NCBI GenBank assembly: GCA_022484565.1
Contig: JAKVKZ010000004.1
Location: 18,021 to 82,020, forward strand
Source: Muribaculaceae bacterium
GTDB taxonomy: Bacteria > Bacteroidota > Bacteroidia > Bacteroidales > Muribaculaceae
DNA length: 64,000 nucleotides
Direction of reading: 5' to 3'
Part shown: positions 46,592-56,478 of the stretch, in pieces
Layout: every line of letters begins with the position of its first letter
Numbering within the stretch: position 1 is the stretch's first letter
Notes under the pieces: generated by a model
The model's database searches: none
Told to the model about the DNA's origin: nothing
What the model saw: the letters and a program-made list of their open reading frames with translations, nothing else
Program-made: the position numbers and the translations under genes

Positions 46592-47760
46592 GAGATATTG
46601 TTGTAAAGCTTCATGTAATTTTCAGTCATAATACTACTTGAATATTTGTCAATCACTTCTTTTCTGCAATTACCGGTCATCTTCGCCTTGTCTATTTCAT
46701 CCACCGCATCGGCCACCGCCTTGACGTCGCCGTTAGGCACAAGCCTTCCGCATGATGGAGTGATAATCTCATGCGGCGATGTGTTGTCGAACGAAATTAC
46801 AGGCGTGCCGCATGCCATCGACTCAATTATTGTCATTCCGAAACTTTCGCTGCGCGACATGTTCACTGTGACGAGGGCTGAATCGTAGAGCAATGCAAGC
46901 TGAGCATGGTCAATATGTCCGAGGCCTGTTATGCCGTGGGGCAGCATGGAAATCTGCCGTTTACCCAGTCCCACGAGCATCATTTCATAATCATACGGGA
47001 GCAGTTCACGTAGGCGCAGAAAATCGTCAAGGCCTTTTCCGCCGTGCCACACATTAGCCACGCCAAGCACACGTTTGCGCTGCACATCGTGGAGCGGACG
47101 GAACACATCGGTGTTGATGCCGTTGGGGATTGTAAATATCGGATGGCTGCCAAGCCACGATTCGTGCACCAGTTCGCTCATCCATTCACTGCCGGTCACA
47201 ATAAATAAATTCTTGAAATCGCTGAGGATTTCTTTCTTTATGGTTATGTTTCTTTTCGACCGGTCAATGTAGGATTTAGGATAACTGCCATGCTGAGGGC
47301 AATCATGGCAACTTGCGTCGCGGTAAAGTTGACATTCGGAATATATCGGTGAAGTGCAGTGCCCGGTTATCATCCAACTGTCGTGCATGGTCATCACCAC
47401 AGGAATTTCTGTCTTTTTCAGGAACGAGAACAGCATCGGGAAATTAAGGTAATAGCCATGAACATTGTGTACATGTATGATTTGCGGCTGAATGCGGATT
47501 ATTTCTTCTATCAGATTGCTTGTGGCTCGGTCGGAATGAAGCCCGTGCGAATCGTTGAGCCTTGTGAACAGTGCATGTGCATACTCATCAATTCTGTTGC
47601 CGATTTTCACAAACTGCACGCCATCCACGAGGCTGCGGCCCTGACCTGCTGCAATGTAAACCTCGCCGCTGTTGCGCATGAAAGTTCGGGCTATCTCATC
47701 GGTGATATAGCCAATAGAACCCTTACCTGCCACAGTGTTGATTTGTAATAATTTTTTCAT
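46588..47760 (-). CDS. Family 4 (GT-B) glycosyltransferase
   Basis: 390 aa. ..SRSESFGMTIIESMACGTPVI.. is the GT4 E-x7-E region. There are 4-bp overlaps with both neighbours. Confidence 0.75.
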   Translation of the reverse strand: MKKLLQINTVAGKGSIGYITDEIARTFMRNSGEVYIAAGQGRSLVDGVQFVKIGNRIDEYAHALFTRLNDSHGLHSDRATSNLIEEIIRIQPQIIHVHNVHGYYLNFPMLFSFLKKTEIPVVMTMHDSWMITGHCTSPIYSECQLYRDASCHDCPQHGSYPKSYIDRSKRNITIKKEILSDFKNLFIVTGSEWMSELVHESWLGSHPIFTIPNGINTDVFRPLHDVQRKRVLGVANVWHGGKGLDDFLRLRELLPYDYEMMLVGLGKRQISMLPHGITGLGHIDHAQLALLYDSALVTVNMSRSESFGMTIIESMACGTPVISFDNTSPHEIITPSCGRLVPNGDVKAVADAVDEIDKAKMTGNCRKEVIDKYSSSIMTENYMKLYNNIS

Positions 47761-49190
47761 GCACTAATGCTATGACAAACAATCAGTCCGGCTGCCAATA
47801 TTATTACATATATAGCAACCCAATATTTAAACGCAGCAGTTCGCCGTTTATTTTCCAATTCGTCAACAATATCTACTGCCATTGGCATCAACAACGGGAC
47901 AAAAGGTAAAATGTACCTTGAAACTGATCCAGCAAACATGTAGGCAATTATCGCCCAGCATACGAGTGTCCACAATGCCCACAGGTTCAGCCCTCCGCTG
48001 CCTTTGCGCCACCACACGGCGATAAAAAAGAAAAGTATCAGTCCGCCTATCGCATACCATGGATAGCTCACATGCATATAGGCTTCGGAATATCCGTAAA
48101 CGGTGTCGCGCCCGAAGTTCCACGGAAAAGGCACCACATATTGCACCGTGCAAGTCACCGGAAGCAGCAACGCCTTTTTCACTGGCGAATACGAGAAGTA
48201 ATCTCCCAGCCGTGACGAGTAGGCTGATTGCCTATTGCTGATTAAGTAATCTTTTGAAACAGCATCACTCTTAAGTATCCCAAGATACTCCTTTGGCGAA
48301 AAACGCGCAAATTGTGAGACCAAAACGAATATCATAGCGGCAATTGCAAGCAGCACTGCCGATTGCCTCCACAATAGTTTTACACTTGTGAACGTCAGCA
48401 GAATTATACCGACAACCATAAAGTAAATCATGGTGTTACGCACAGCGACGAGTAGCAGGCAACCACACGCAAAGGCTACAATGTCCTTCCAACCAGGCCA
48501 TTTCAATGTGGTGTTTTTCGCAAATCCAGCAAGCGCGTAGCCCACAAGCGCCACACCGACGTACATCATCGGTTCTTTCAGGAGGATAGTGGCACAGCCA
48601 ATGAAATAGCACACGGCGGCAGTGAACAGCATCGCCAAAAATTCAGCCTTCTGCCCGTCCATCTTTCCCGCTAAAAGCCGTGCCGTGATTTTTCCACTAA
48701 TCACAATTGCAGTCAGCGTCAGCATCATGTTCATCGCCAAAGGGTACACTATGCTTATTCCCAGTACTTTCCACAGAAGCATTGTCAACACCGACAGCCC
48801 TGAATAGCCCACATTGTGAATGTCCGAAGGCAATCCGCTCAGGTAAATGGCAAAATTGAAATATCTGAATGCGTCGGCGTTTTTCATTACGGGATGCGCC
48901 ACGTCAGTGCCAGCAAGCACCGTGTATTGCCAGACATTTATGATTATGCCGACCGACATCAACAGCGATGCCGCAATCAGCACCCACATTCCTCCGTTGC
49001 TTGCTCCGCGCGTCCGTCCGTAAATCAGCATCGGCACTGCAAAGGCCACAGCAAGCGACAGCGTCAGCTGCAACGCTCCTTTGCCGCCAACAAGAAGAGC
49101 AGGTAAAACCACAAGCGTTACAAGCAGGATAGCTTCTCCCGTGTAACGCCAAACGGATTTTTTGCCAGTCAATTTTCTTGCCTCTTCCAT
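47757..49190 (-). CDS. Polytopic membrane protein, possibly a Wzy/O-antigen-polymerase-like enzyme
   Basis: 477 aa with more than 10 hydrophobic helices. It is first in a translationally coupled string with two glycosyltransferases. No diagnostic motif was recognised. Confidence 0.4.
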   Translation of the reverse strand: MEEARKLTGKKSVWRYTGEAILLVTLVVLPALLVGGKGALQLTLSLAVAFAVPMLIYGRTRGASNGGMWVLIAASLLMSVGIIINVWQYTVLAGTDVAHPVMKNADAFRYFNFAIYLSGLPSDIHNVGYSGLSVLTMLLWKVLGISIVYPLAMNMMLTLTAIVISGKITARLLAGKMDGQKAEFLAMLFTAAVCYFIGCATILLKEPMMYVGVALVGYALAGFAKNTTLKWPGWKDIVAFACGCLLLVAVRNTMIYFMVVGIILLTFTSVKLLWRQSAVLLAIAAMIFVLVSQFARFSPKEYLGILKSDAVSKDYLISNRQSAYSSRLGDYFSYSPVKKALLLPVTCTVQYVVPFPWNFGRDTVYGYSEAYMHVSYPWYAIGGLILFFFIAVWWRKGSGGLNLWALWTLVCWAIIAYMFAGSVSRYILPFVPLLMPMAVDIVDELENKRRTAAFKYWVAIYVIILAAGLIVCHSISA

Positions 49191-49357
49191 CTGTTATTTT
49201 GTTGTAATTTCTTTAAAGCCTTGCGAAAAAGCGCGGTAAAAGTAATAATTTTTGCGCTATTAACCCGCCATTTGACGCATTTTTCGGCTTTTATCAGTCA
49301 TTATTGCCCAACTAAAAATCATTTTGCCACTTTATTTTACAAAAAATATGATTTTGA

Positions 49358-49389
49358 TTTGGTGACGCGGTTAATGTTTTTTACCTTTG
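49358..49389 (+). promoter_or_regulatory. Sigma-A type promoter for hpt-adk (-33 TTTG, -7 TACCTTTG)
   Basis: TTTG at 49358-49361 and TACCTTTG at 49382-49389, with 21 bp spacing. This supports ATG 49408 as the hpt start. Confidence 0.5.
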
Positions 49390-49407
49390 TGCAAATTTTT
49401 TTGCGCT

Positions 49408-49959
49408 ATGGATAAGATTACTGTAAACGGGATGACTTTTGAGCCATACTTACGTCGCGATGAGATTGCGCGCCAGGTGCAGCGTGTGGCTGAAGAGATT
49501 AAGCGTGACTGCACGGGTAAATCTCCGATTTTCATTTGTGTGCTTAACGGAGCTTTCGTTTTTGCCGCCGACCTCTTCAGAGCCTGCAATTTCAATGATT
49601 CAGAAATCACTTTTATCCGCTACAAATCTTATTGCGGCACTTCTTCCACCGGCGAAGTCAAGGAAATTGTCGGCCTCAACGAGGACATTTCCGGACGCAC
49701 CGTCATCATTGTGGAGGACATTGTCGATACTGGCGTCACCGCCACTCAGCTCTTCGCAAAATTAAGGAAGCACAATCCTGCCGACATCAAGTTGGCCACT
49801 CTCCTTTTCAAGCCCGATTCGCTCACCTGCGACGTTATGCCCGATTATGTGGGCTTCCGCATCCCGTCGAAATTCATCCTCGGCTACGGACTCGACCTCG
49901 ACGGTCTGCTCCGCAATCTCAGCGACATCTACATCCTTAGCGAGCAGGCTGATAAATAG
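49408..49959 (+). CDS. hpt: Hypoxanthine phosphoribosyltransferase
   Basis: ..[16 protein letters not shown].. and the PRPP-binding loop [13 protein letters not shown]. Confidence 0.9.
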   Translation: MDKITVNGMTFEPYLRRDEIARQVQRVAEEIKRDCTGKSPIFICVLNGAFVFAADLFRACNFNDSEITFIRYKSYCGTSSTGEVKEIVGLNEDISGRTVIIVEDIVDTGVTATQLFAKLRKHNPADIKLATLLFKPDSLTCDVMPDYVGFRIPSKFILGYGLDLDGLLRNLSDIYILSEQADK

Positions 49960-49992
49960 CGGCAATCTTTCATAAAAACATATATATAGACA

Positions 49993-50571
49993 ATGCTTAA
50001 TATTGTGATTTTCGGTGCTCCCGGTGCTGGGAAAGGCACTCAGAGCGACAATTTAATCAGTACTTATCATCTTCTCCACATCTCCACCGGCGATGTTCTC
50101 CGCGACAATATCCGCCGCGGCACTGAACTCGGCAAAACTGCCGACGCCTTCATCTCAAAAGGGCAGCTTATCCCCGACGATTTGATGGTCAGCATCCTTG
50201 CCAGCGTCCTCGACGAAAAGGCTGAAGAGGCTAAGGAAGGAGTGATTTTCGACGGTTTTCCACGCACCATTCCGCAGGCAAAGGCTTTGAAAAAGATGCT
50301 TGCCGAACGTGGCACTGGCGTAACTGTTGTTGTAGGTCTTGAAGTTCCTGAGGATGAGCTTGTGAAGCGTCTGTTGAAGCGTGGACAGGAATCCGGCCGC
50401 AGCGACGACAATCTCGAAACCATCAAGAGCCGTTTGCAGGTCTATCACAACCAGACTGCTCCCCTCAAGGATTTCTACGTGGCTGAAGGCATTTATGCGG
50501 CCATCAATGGCCTCGGCACCATCGAAGGCATTTTTGCCGACATCAAAAAGGCTGTTGACGCAAAGAAATAA
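49993..50571 (+). CDS. adk: Adenylate kinase
   Basis: P-loop FGAPGAGKGTQ, HISTGDVLR and GFPRTIPQA. It is a short form without the zinc lid. Confidence 0.9.
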   Translation: MLNIVIFGAPGAGKGTQSDNLISTYHLLHISTGDVLRDNIRRGTELGKTADAFISKGQLIPDDLMVSILASVLDEKAEEAKEGVIFDGFPRTIPQAKALKKMLAERGTGVTVVVGLEVPEDELVKRLLKRGQESGRSDDNLETIKSRLQVYHNQTAPLKDFYVAEGIYAAINGLGTIEGIFADIKKAVDAKK

Positions 50572-50623
50572 AGGCGGCGGCTCACATTTTCCCCGCTTTA
50601 TCATAAATTTCTGAAATTATATC

Positions 50624-50660
50624 AGTGCGGATTTCATTTTTTTGGAATCCGCACTTTTTA
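50624..50660 (+). terminator. Rho-independent terminator after adk
   Basis: agtgcggatt-N12-aatccgcact followed by TTTTTA. Confidence 0.75.
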
Positions 50661-50735
50661 TGTATTTTTATGGCTTTCTTTGCACCAAATTATTATAAAA
50701 TAGACCTGTAAGTTACACTTTTATTTAATTATGGA

Positions 50736-50765
50736 TTTGAAAATTGAAAACTATTCGTAAATTTG
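50736..50765 (+). promoter_or_regulatory. Sigma-A type promoter for the LRR gene (-33 TTTG, -7 TAAATTTG)
   Basis: TTTG at 50736-50739 and TAAATTTG at 50758-50765, with 19 bp spacing. The ATG is at 50785. Confidence 0.5.
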
Positions 50766-50784
50766 CGGAATAAAATCAAATGAT

Positions 50785-52251
50785 ATGAATAAATTCTTTT
50801 CCTTTATAGCTGCCGCATTAATAGCTTTGTCGGCTAATGCTCTGGAAGTTACATCTTCTGCTGGTATGCTTTCTTCGCAAATCAGCGACACAACCATCAC
50901 TTCACTTACCGTTAAAGGTTCAATGGATGCACGCGATTTCAAGTTTATTGCCGACAATCTTAATCACTTGACTTCAATTGATTTAAGTGGCGCTACTATT
51001 CAGGCTTATTCCTCAACTCAGGCTATTTTCGGCAACTATCACGAATATGCTGCCGGCATTGTGCCTGCTCTCTGCTTCTTCGGAAAGAATTATTCATCAG
51101 TCACGCTGCCTGCCACCGCCACTGCCATCGGCGAAGGTGCCCTGGGAGCTAATTCGGCCATCACGTCGATTTCTTTCCCTGCCACTCTCGATTCCATCGG
51201 TGTAGGTGCTTTCGACGGCTGCGCGCTCCTCAATTCCCTGCTTGTTCCGGCCACTGTGAAGGTCATCGGGTCGCACGCTTTTGCCAACTGCCCAGCCCTC
51301 ACCACTGTCACGGTTTCATCACCGGTTATCGGTGAAAAGGCTTTTGCCAATTGCACCACTCTCAACGACCTTACTCTCAACGAAACGGTTGAGAAAATCG
51401 GTGCTGGAGCTTTCTCTGGCGATTCTCTCCTCACCACGCTTAAATTCCCTACTCAGCTCACTTCAATCGGTGAAGAGGCGTTCACTCACGCAGGCCTTGC
51501 CACAGTCGATTTGAGCGGCTGCACAAAGTTGTCGGTCATCGGCGCTTGGGCATTCGCTAATTCCCCGCTTAAATATATCACCCTTCCGAGTGAAATCAAA
51601 TCTGTAGGCAACGGCGCTTTCTATTACGATGCCGACCTTCTTCAAATATCTCTTCCCGACAATTTGACCAAAGTCAGTGATTACCTGCTTGCAGGCTGCA
51701 GCAGCATCGTTTCAGCCAAAGTTGGTGCCAACACTGATTCCATCGGCAAATATTCCATGTCGGGCTGGACCAAATTGCTGTCGCTCTATTTGCCTTCGTC
51801 CGTGACTTACCTCGGCGACCGCGCTTTGCAGAACGATTCAGCATTTCAGGCCATCAAATGCGATGCTGAAACGGTGCCTGCCCTCGGCGACAGCGTTTTT
51901 GCAGGTATCGACCAGCCTAACACCACCCTCAAAGTCCCCGAAAATTCTGTTGCAAACTACAAGGTAGCCGAGCAATGGAAGGAATTCCGCATTGCAAGCA
52001 GCCCAACTAAGCTCATCCGCACTCCCGACGACGAGGTTAAGGCCTTCTTCTCAGGCACTGTGCTCAACATCAAGTCCTCAATCGAAATCAAGGACGTGAA
52101 GATGTACGAACCGGGCGGCGTGATGCTTGAATCCATCCAACCAGCTGCCACCACTGCCCAAATCGAAACGGTCAACTATTCCGGACATATCTACATCGTC
52201 AACGTGGTGCTGCTCAACGGCAATTTAAAGACTTTCAAGCTGCTGCGCTAA
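50785..52251 (+). CDS. BspA-like leucine-rich-repeat surface protein with a T9SS-type C-terminal domain
   Basis: Signal peptide. It has ~22-aa repeats (..IGEGAL.., ..IGVGAFDGC.., ..IGSHAFANC.., ..IGEKAFANC.., ..IGAGAFSG..). The C-terminal ~80-aa beta-rich domain ends ..HIYIVNVVLLNGNLKTFKLLR. Confidence 0.7.
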   Translation: MNKFFSFIAAALIALSANALEVTSSAGMLSSQISDTTITSLTVKGSMDARDFKFIADNLNHLTSIDLSGATIQAYSSTQAIFGNYHEYAAGIVPALCFFGKNYSSVTLPATATAIGEGALGANSAITSISFPATLDSIGVGAFDGCALLNSLLVPATVKVIGSHAFANCPALTTVTVSSPVIGEKAFANCTTLNDLTLNETVEKIGAGAFSGDSLLTTLKFPTQLTSIGEEAFTHAGLATVDLSGCTKLSVIGAWAFANSPLKYITLPSEIKSVGNGAFYYDADLLQISLPDNLTKVSDYLLAGCSSIVSAKVGANTDSIGKYSMSGWTKLLSLYLPSSVTYLGDRALQNDSAFQAIKCDAETVPALGDSVFAGIDQPNTTLKVPENSVANYKVAEQWKEFRIASSPTKLIRTPDDEVKAFFSGTVLNIKSSIEIKDVKMYEPGGVMLESIQPAATTAQIETVNYSGHIYIVNVVLLNGNLKTFKLLR

Positions 52252-52279
52252 GCCTTGATTTCGCGCCACTTGGCAATCA

Positions 52280-53017
52280 ATGGGTAAAAACAAGCTAAAA
52301 AAATTCGCTGAGATGAGCACAATGAAAAATGTGCTCCAATATCCTTTTGCAGTCATCAATGCTTCGGAATTTCCTTTCCGTGGCAAGTGGCACAGCGATT
52401 ATTTCCACAATTCCAATCCCATCGTCGTCGAGCTTGGCTGCGGCAAGGGCGAATATGCTGTAGGCCTCGCCCAGCGTTTCCCCGGCAGGAACTTCATCGG
52501 CGTTGACATCAAGGGTGCGCGTATGTGGACAGGCGCCAAGCAGGCTCTCGAGGAGAATCTCTCCAACGTGGCCTTCCTCCGCACCAGCATCGAACTTATC
52601 GACCGTTTCTTCTCTCCGTCGGAGGTTGACGAGATTTGGATTACTTTCCCCGACCCGCAGATGAGCAACGTCAATAAGCGCCTCACTTCCACCCGCTTCC
52701 TTAATAATTATCGGAATATTCTCAAGCCCGATGGAATCGTCAATCTCAAGACCGACAGCCCTTTCCTCTACACCTACACGCATCTGCTGGTGCAACTCAA
52801 CAAGCTGAAAGTCGATATCGACACCGACGACCTTTATAATTCGGGAATTGCCGATGATATTCTTGAAATCAAGACGTATTATGAGCGCCAATGGATGGAG
52901 CGCGGCATTCCCATCAAGTACATCAAATTCCATCTCTCCGCCGACGTTCCTCTCGTGGAGCCTGACGTTGAGATTGAAAAGGACACCTACCGCAGCTTCT
53001 CGCGAGGTCATCTGTAA
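52280..53017 (+). CDS. trmB: tRNA (guanine46-N7)-methyltransferase TrmB
   Basis: VELGCGKGEYAVGLAQRFPGRNFIGVDIKG...ITFPDPQ. Confidence 0.85.
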   Translation: MGKNKLKKFAEMSTMKNVLQYPFAVINASEFPFRGKWHSDYFHNSNPIVVELGCGKGEYAVGLAQRFPGRNFIGVDIKGARMWTGAKQALEENLSNVAFLRTSIELIDRFFSPSEVDEIWITFPDPQMSNVNKRLTSTRFLNNYRNILKPDGIVNLKTDSPFLYTYTHLLVQLNKLKVDIDTDDLYNSGIADDILEIKTYYERQWMERGIPIKYIKFHLSADVPLVEPDVEIEKDTYRSFSRGHL

Positions 53018-53072
53018 TTGATATTTTTGAATTTTCGCCTTGCTGTCAAGGCATTTAATCATAACTACAACA

Positions 53073-54176
53073 ATGGAACTATATCCCAAATTAATATTGG
53101 ATGCTCTGCACACCGTCCGCTATCCGGGCAGTGGCAACGACATCGTAGCTGCCGGAATGGTCGAGGACGACATCCGCATCGAAGGCAACAAAGTCTCTTT
53201 CTCTCTCATTTTCGACAAGCCAACCGACCCGTTTATCCGCTCAATCGTCAAGTCGGCTGAAGCAGCCATCACCAATTTCATCGGACCTGAAGTTGACATT
53301 AAGGGCAACATCGCCGTCAAAACGCGCGCCCAAGCTCCCCAAAAGCCAGAGACGCTCCTTCCGGGCGTTAAAAACATCATCGGCGTTTCCTCAGGCAAAG
53401 GCGGTGTGGGCAAATCCACCGTCGCCTCCAACCTTGCCGTGGCTCTTGCACAGCTCGGCTATAAGGTCGGTCTGCTTGATGCCGACATTTTCGGCCCGTC
53501 GGCTCCCCTCATGTTCGGACTTCAGGACGAAGCTCTCTACGTCGAGAAAGTTGACGGTCGCGATCTCATAGTTCCAGCCGAAAAATATGGCGTCAAAGTT
53601 CTTTCCATCGGTTTCGTCGTCGATAAGGACAAAGCAGTCCTATGGCGCGGAGGCATGGCAAGCAACGCCCTCAAGCAACTCATCGGCGAAGCCAATTGGG
53701 GCGACCTCGATTACTTCATCATCGACATGCCTCCGGGCACCAGCGACATCCACCTTACCCTCGTGCAGACTCTCGCCATCACCGGCGCAATCGTTGTCAC
53801 CACGCCTCAGCAAGTTGCTTTGGCCGACGCGCGTAAAGGTGTGAGCATGTTCCAGGGCAAGCAGGTCAACGTGCCTGTTCTCGGCATTGTCGAAAACATG
53901 TCGTGGTTCACTCCAGCAGCCCATCCCGACGAAAAATACTTCATTTTCGGCAAAGATGGCGGTAAACTTCTTGCCGAAGCCGTCGGCGTGAAGTTGCTCG
54001 GCCAGATTCCGCTTGTGGCAAGCATTTGCCGCAGTGGTGACGAAGGCACACCAGTAGTTCTCCAGAACTCAGTCAGCGGTGCCGCCTTCCTCGACCTTGC
54101 CCGCAACGTCGTCGCAGCCACCGATGCCCGCAATTCCCAGCTTCCTCCCACCCATCCGGTTGAGATGAACAGCTGA
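53073..54176 (+). CDS. mrp: Mrp/NBP35/ApbC-family Fe-S cluster carrier ATPase
   Basis: The N-terminal DUF59-like region is followed by the deviant Walker A SGKGGVGKST, then ..DADIFGPS.. and ..IVENMS... Start is at ATG 53073. Confidence 0.85.
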   Translation: MELYPKLILDALHTVRYPGSGNDIVAAGMVEDDIRIEGNKVSFSLIFDKPTDPFIRSIVKSAEAAITNFIGPEVDIKGNIAVKTRAQAPQKPETLLPGVKNIIGVSSGKGGVGKSTVASNLAVALAQLGYKVGLLDADIFGPSAPLMFGLQDEALYVEKVDGRDLIVPAEKYGVKVLSIGFVVDKDKAVLWRGGMASNALKQLIGEANWGDLDYFIIDMPPGTSDIHLTLVQTLAITGAIVVTTPQQVALADARKGVSMFQGKQVNVPVLGIVENMSWFTPAAHPDEKYFIFGKDGGKLLAEAVGVKLLGQIPLVASICRSGDEGTPVVLQNSVSGAAFLDLARNVVAATDARNSQLPPTHPVEMNS

Positions 54177-54271
54177 TATCAGGCAAGAAAAATACAGCCC
54201 TTGTTTTCAGAATGTTATGAATAAAATATCAATAAATAGTATCGAAGTTTAACTTTTTAATAATCTAAATT

Positions 54272-54823
54272 ATGAAATGGCAGAATTTGATTAAGAACGA
54301 TTATGCTGATTTTAAATCGCATTTCACATTTCCTGAGTATAGGGGCTATGTGAAGGTAGAGGGCATTGAAGAATTATCCGAATTCACCAACGCTTTGGAC
54401 GAGGGTGAAGGAATCGTCTCGATGCGTTGTGAAAAAGGTGACGGACGGATTGTCCTTATCAACATCAATAAGGGCATAGCCCGATTGATATTGGATTCTC
54501 GTGGTCAAGTGCTTATTGATGACTCCGAAATCAATTACCGCAGCATTACTGAAAATTCTGAAAGTGGCATTTGCGTATATTCCAAGCAAACGCCTTATTA
54601 CTTTGGCCTATACACAAAATTTGAAGATGGTCTTAATGCTTTGTGCTGGACAACCTGTCCCGATGGACAATTTTACGCCGATGAGGATGGCTTTGGAGCA
54701 GAAAGCAACGCTGAAGAGGATGTGTATTGCATCATCAACACCGATTTGGACATCATCGTTCCTTTCCAGCCAATGAGTGTAAAGTCCGTTCTTATCACAA
54801 TGCGAATGGCCAACAAAAGTTGA
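54272..54823 (+). CDS. Hypothetical protein (no recognisable motif), AT-rich
   Basis: 183-aa ORF with its own terminator. Its composition is lower in G+C than the upstream core genes. Confidence 0.5.
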   Translation: MKWQNLIKNDYADFKSHFTFPEYRGYVKVEGIEELSEFTNALDEGEGIVSMRCEKGDGRIVLININKGIARLILDSRGQVLIDDSEINYRSITENSESGICVYSKQTPYYFGLYTKFEDGLNALCWTTCPDGQFYADEDGFGAESNAEEDVYCIINTDLDIIVPFQPMSVKSVLITMRMANKS

Positions 54824-54852
54824 TTCTCCGAAATATTGCACACATAATCACA

Positions 54853-54888
54853 AATTAGGGCGCATTTCAATATTGCGCCCTAATTTTA
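54853..54888 (+). terminator. Rho-independent terminator
   Basis: aattagggcgca-N8-tgcgccctaatt followed by TTA/T-rich sequence. Confidence 0.7.
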
Positions 54889-54989
54889 TACATTTGTCCA
54901 TTTCTGGTGTTTAACTTTTACGAGAATCTAATCTGAAAATTAAGCTTGAATATCAAAGAACCTTTATCATCCCTCTCTATTTTTCCGAA

Positions 54990-55699
54990 TTCATGTCGAG
55001 TGCTGCTTGCTGTCTCAAAACGAGTGTTTCATGAAAGGAATCCATCAATGCGACAATCGCATAGTAAGCATTTTCCAGCCGCATGTCCGCCCGATAGTCA
55101 GAGTGAAAGCCAAAGCGAAGGTCGAATTCGGCGGGAAAATCGGGGCAAGCATCGTAGACGGGTATACTTTCATTGACCATCACAGCTGGGAGGCCTATAA
55201 TGAATGCGACGATCTGATGACCCACCTGAGGTGCTATAAGAGGCGATTCGGCTGTCTCCCTGAGAAATTCGAGGGAGACACGATTTACATGAACAGGACC
55301 AATCGCAGGATTTTGAGGTTCCTGAGAATCGAAATCGGCGGAAAGCCCTTGGGTCGTCCCTCCAAAGAGCAATTGACAGAAGAGTATCGGACGGCAATGG
55401 CCAAAAACATCGGGGAAAGAAACGAGATTGAGGCGACTTTTGGCACAGGCAAGAGAGTTTATAAGGCAAACGACATCAGGGCGAAATTGCCTGACACGGG
55501 AAAATCATGGACTGCCGCCTGTTATTTTGCGAAAAAATGTGATGAAGTTCTTAAGAGGGCTTATTCATGCCTTGTTTGAAATGTCCGATTCCTTCCTGAA
55601 GCTCTTCTCCAACCTGCTAATCTTTGAAACTCGAAGTCTGCCGATGGACAAATATCGGATTCTGACAACTAACGGATATCGATAATTCAGCAAACCCTA
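54990..55699 (+). mobile_element. 5'-truncated, frameshifted remnant of an IS5/IS1182-type insertion sequence (right end intact)
   Basis: ORF 55007-55579 reads ..SIFQPHVRPIVRVKAKAKVEFGGKIGASIVDGYTFIDHHSWEAYNE.., a DDE transposase core. 55412-55699 is ~95% identical to 63232-63518, with a 1-nt A-run indel near 55537 that breaks the frame. The terminal attcagcaaacccta is at 55685-55699. The left boundary is not determinable and no left inverted repeat is present. Confidence 0.7.
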
Positions 55700-55774
55700 C
55701 ATAGTAATAAAAGTAAAGGATATTCTCTTATAAACAAAAGTCCCAATAGCCAGAATAGACTATTGGGAGAAATA

Positions 55775-56473
55775 TTAAAAAATACATTTATCAATTATGT
55801 CTTGGCTGATGCCTTCTTTCTTGAACCTTTCAGCAATAATAGATTTTAGGTCTTTACTTTCATTATACTGGTAAATCATGTGCCCCAACATCTCTATTGC
55901 ATCTTCTATCCTTTTCTTCCCACTCTCTTTTTTAATATCTATTTCTGAAAAAAGAGAGCGATCCCTATGCAGGTTGAGATAATAGATACCACCTATAATC
56001 AATGCGGAAATCGCTGCAATATCGATGCCAGTTCCCTTAAATTTCTTTTCATAAGTTTTTACCAAAGGTAACGTATGCATCTCACGTAACATTGCCGTTC
56101 GTACTGTGGTTTCATTACCTTCTGCAATTTCCCAGCGTAAAAGCTCCAACATGACAGATCCTTCTGATAGGGCTTTTTGTACTTCCTTAAAGATACTAAT
56201 ATATCCATTGACATCGTCAGTTGGAAATTGGCTACCCGAAAGAATATCCTTAAACCAATAATCATACTTCTTGACAAATTCGTCAAGGAATCCGCCAAGA
56301 TTAGTGTACCGGTTATAAAATACAGGAGGCTCTATCCTCGCTTTTTTAATCAAATCGGTAACAAGCATGGCAGAGAACCCTTTCTTTTTAATAAGGCTCT
56401 CTGCGGATTTTATAATATCAGCCTCTAAATCCACCTTGGTTCTTCTATATCTCTTCGGCTTGTTTTCTTCCAT
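55775..56473 (-). CDS. TetR/AcrR-family transcriptional regulator
   Basis: The N-terminal HTH region is IIKSAESLIKKKGFSAMLVTDLIKKARIEPPVFYNRYTN. 232 aa. Confidence 0.75.
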   Translation of the reverse strand: MEENKPKRYRRTKVDLEADIIKSAESLIKKKGFSAMLVTDLIKKARIEPPVFYNRYTNLGGFLDEFVKKYDYWFKDILSGSQFPTDDVNGYISIFKEVQKALSEGSVMLELLRWEIAEGNETTVRTAMLREMHTLPLVKTYEKKFKGTGIDIAAISALIIGGIYYLNLHRDRSLFSEIDIKKESGKKRIEDAIEMLGHMIYQYNESKDLKSIIAERFKKEGISQDIIDKCIF

Positions 56474-56478
56474 AATTA

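Noticed and set aside
54977-55372. 131-aa minus-strand ORF, and 55170-55469 / 63077-63289 minus-strand ORFs, within the IS copies.
   Set aside because: They are antisense to the recognisable DDE transposase frame. Their duplication in both IS copies merely reflects the repeat.
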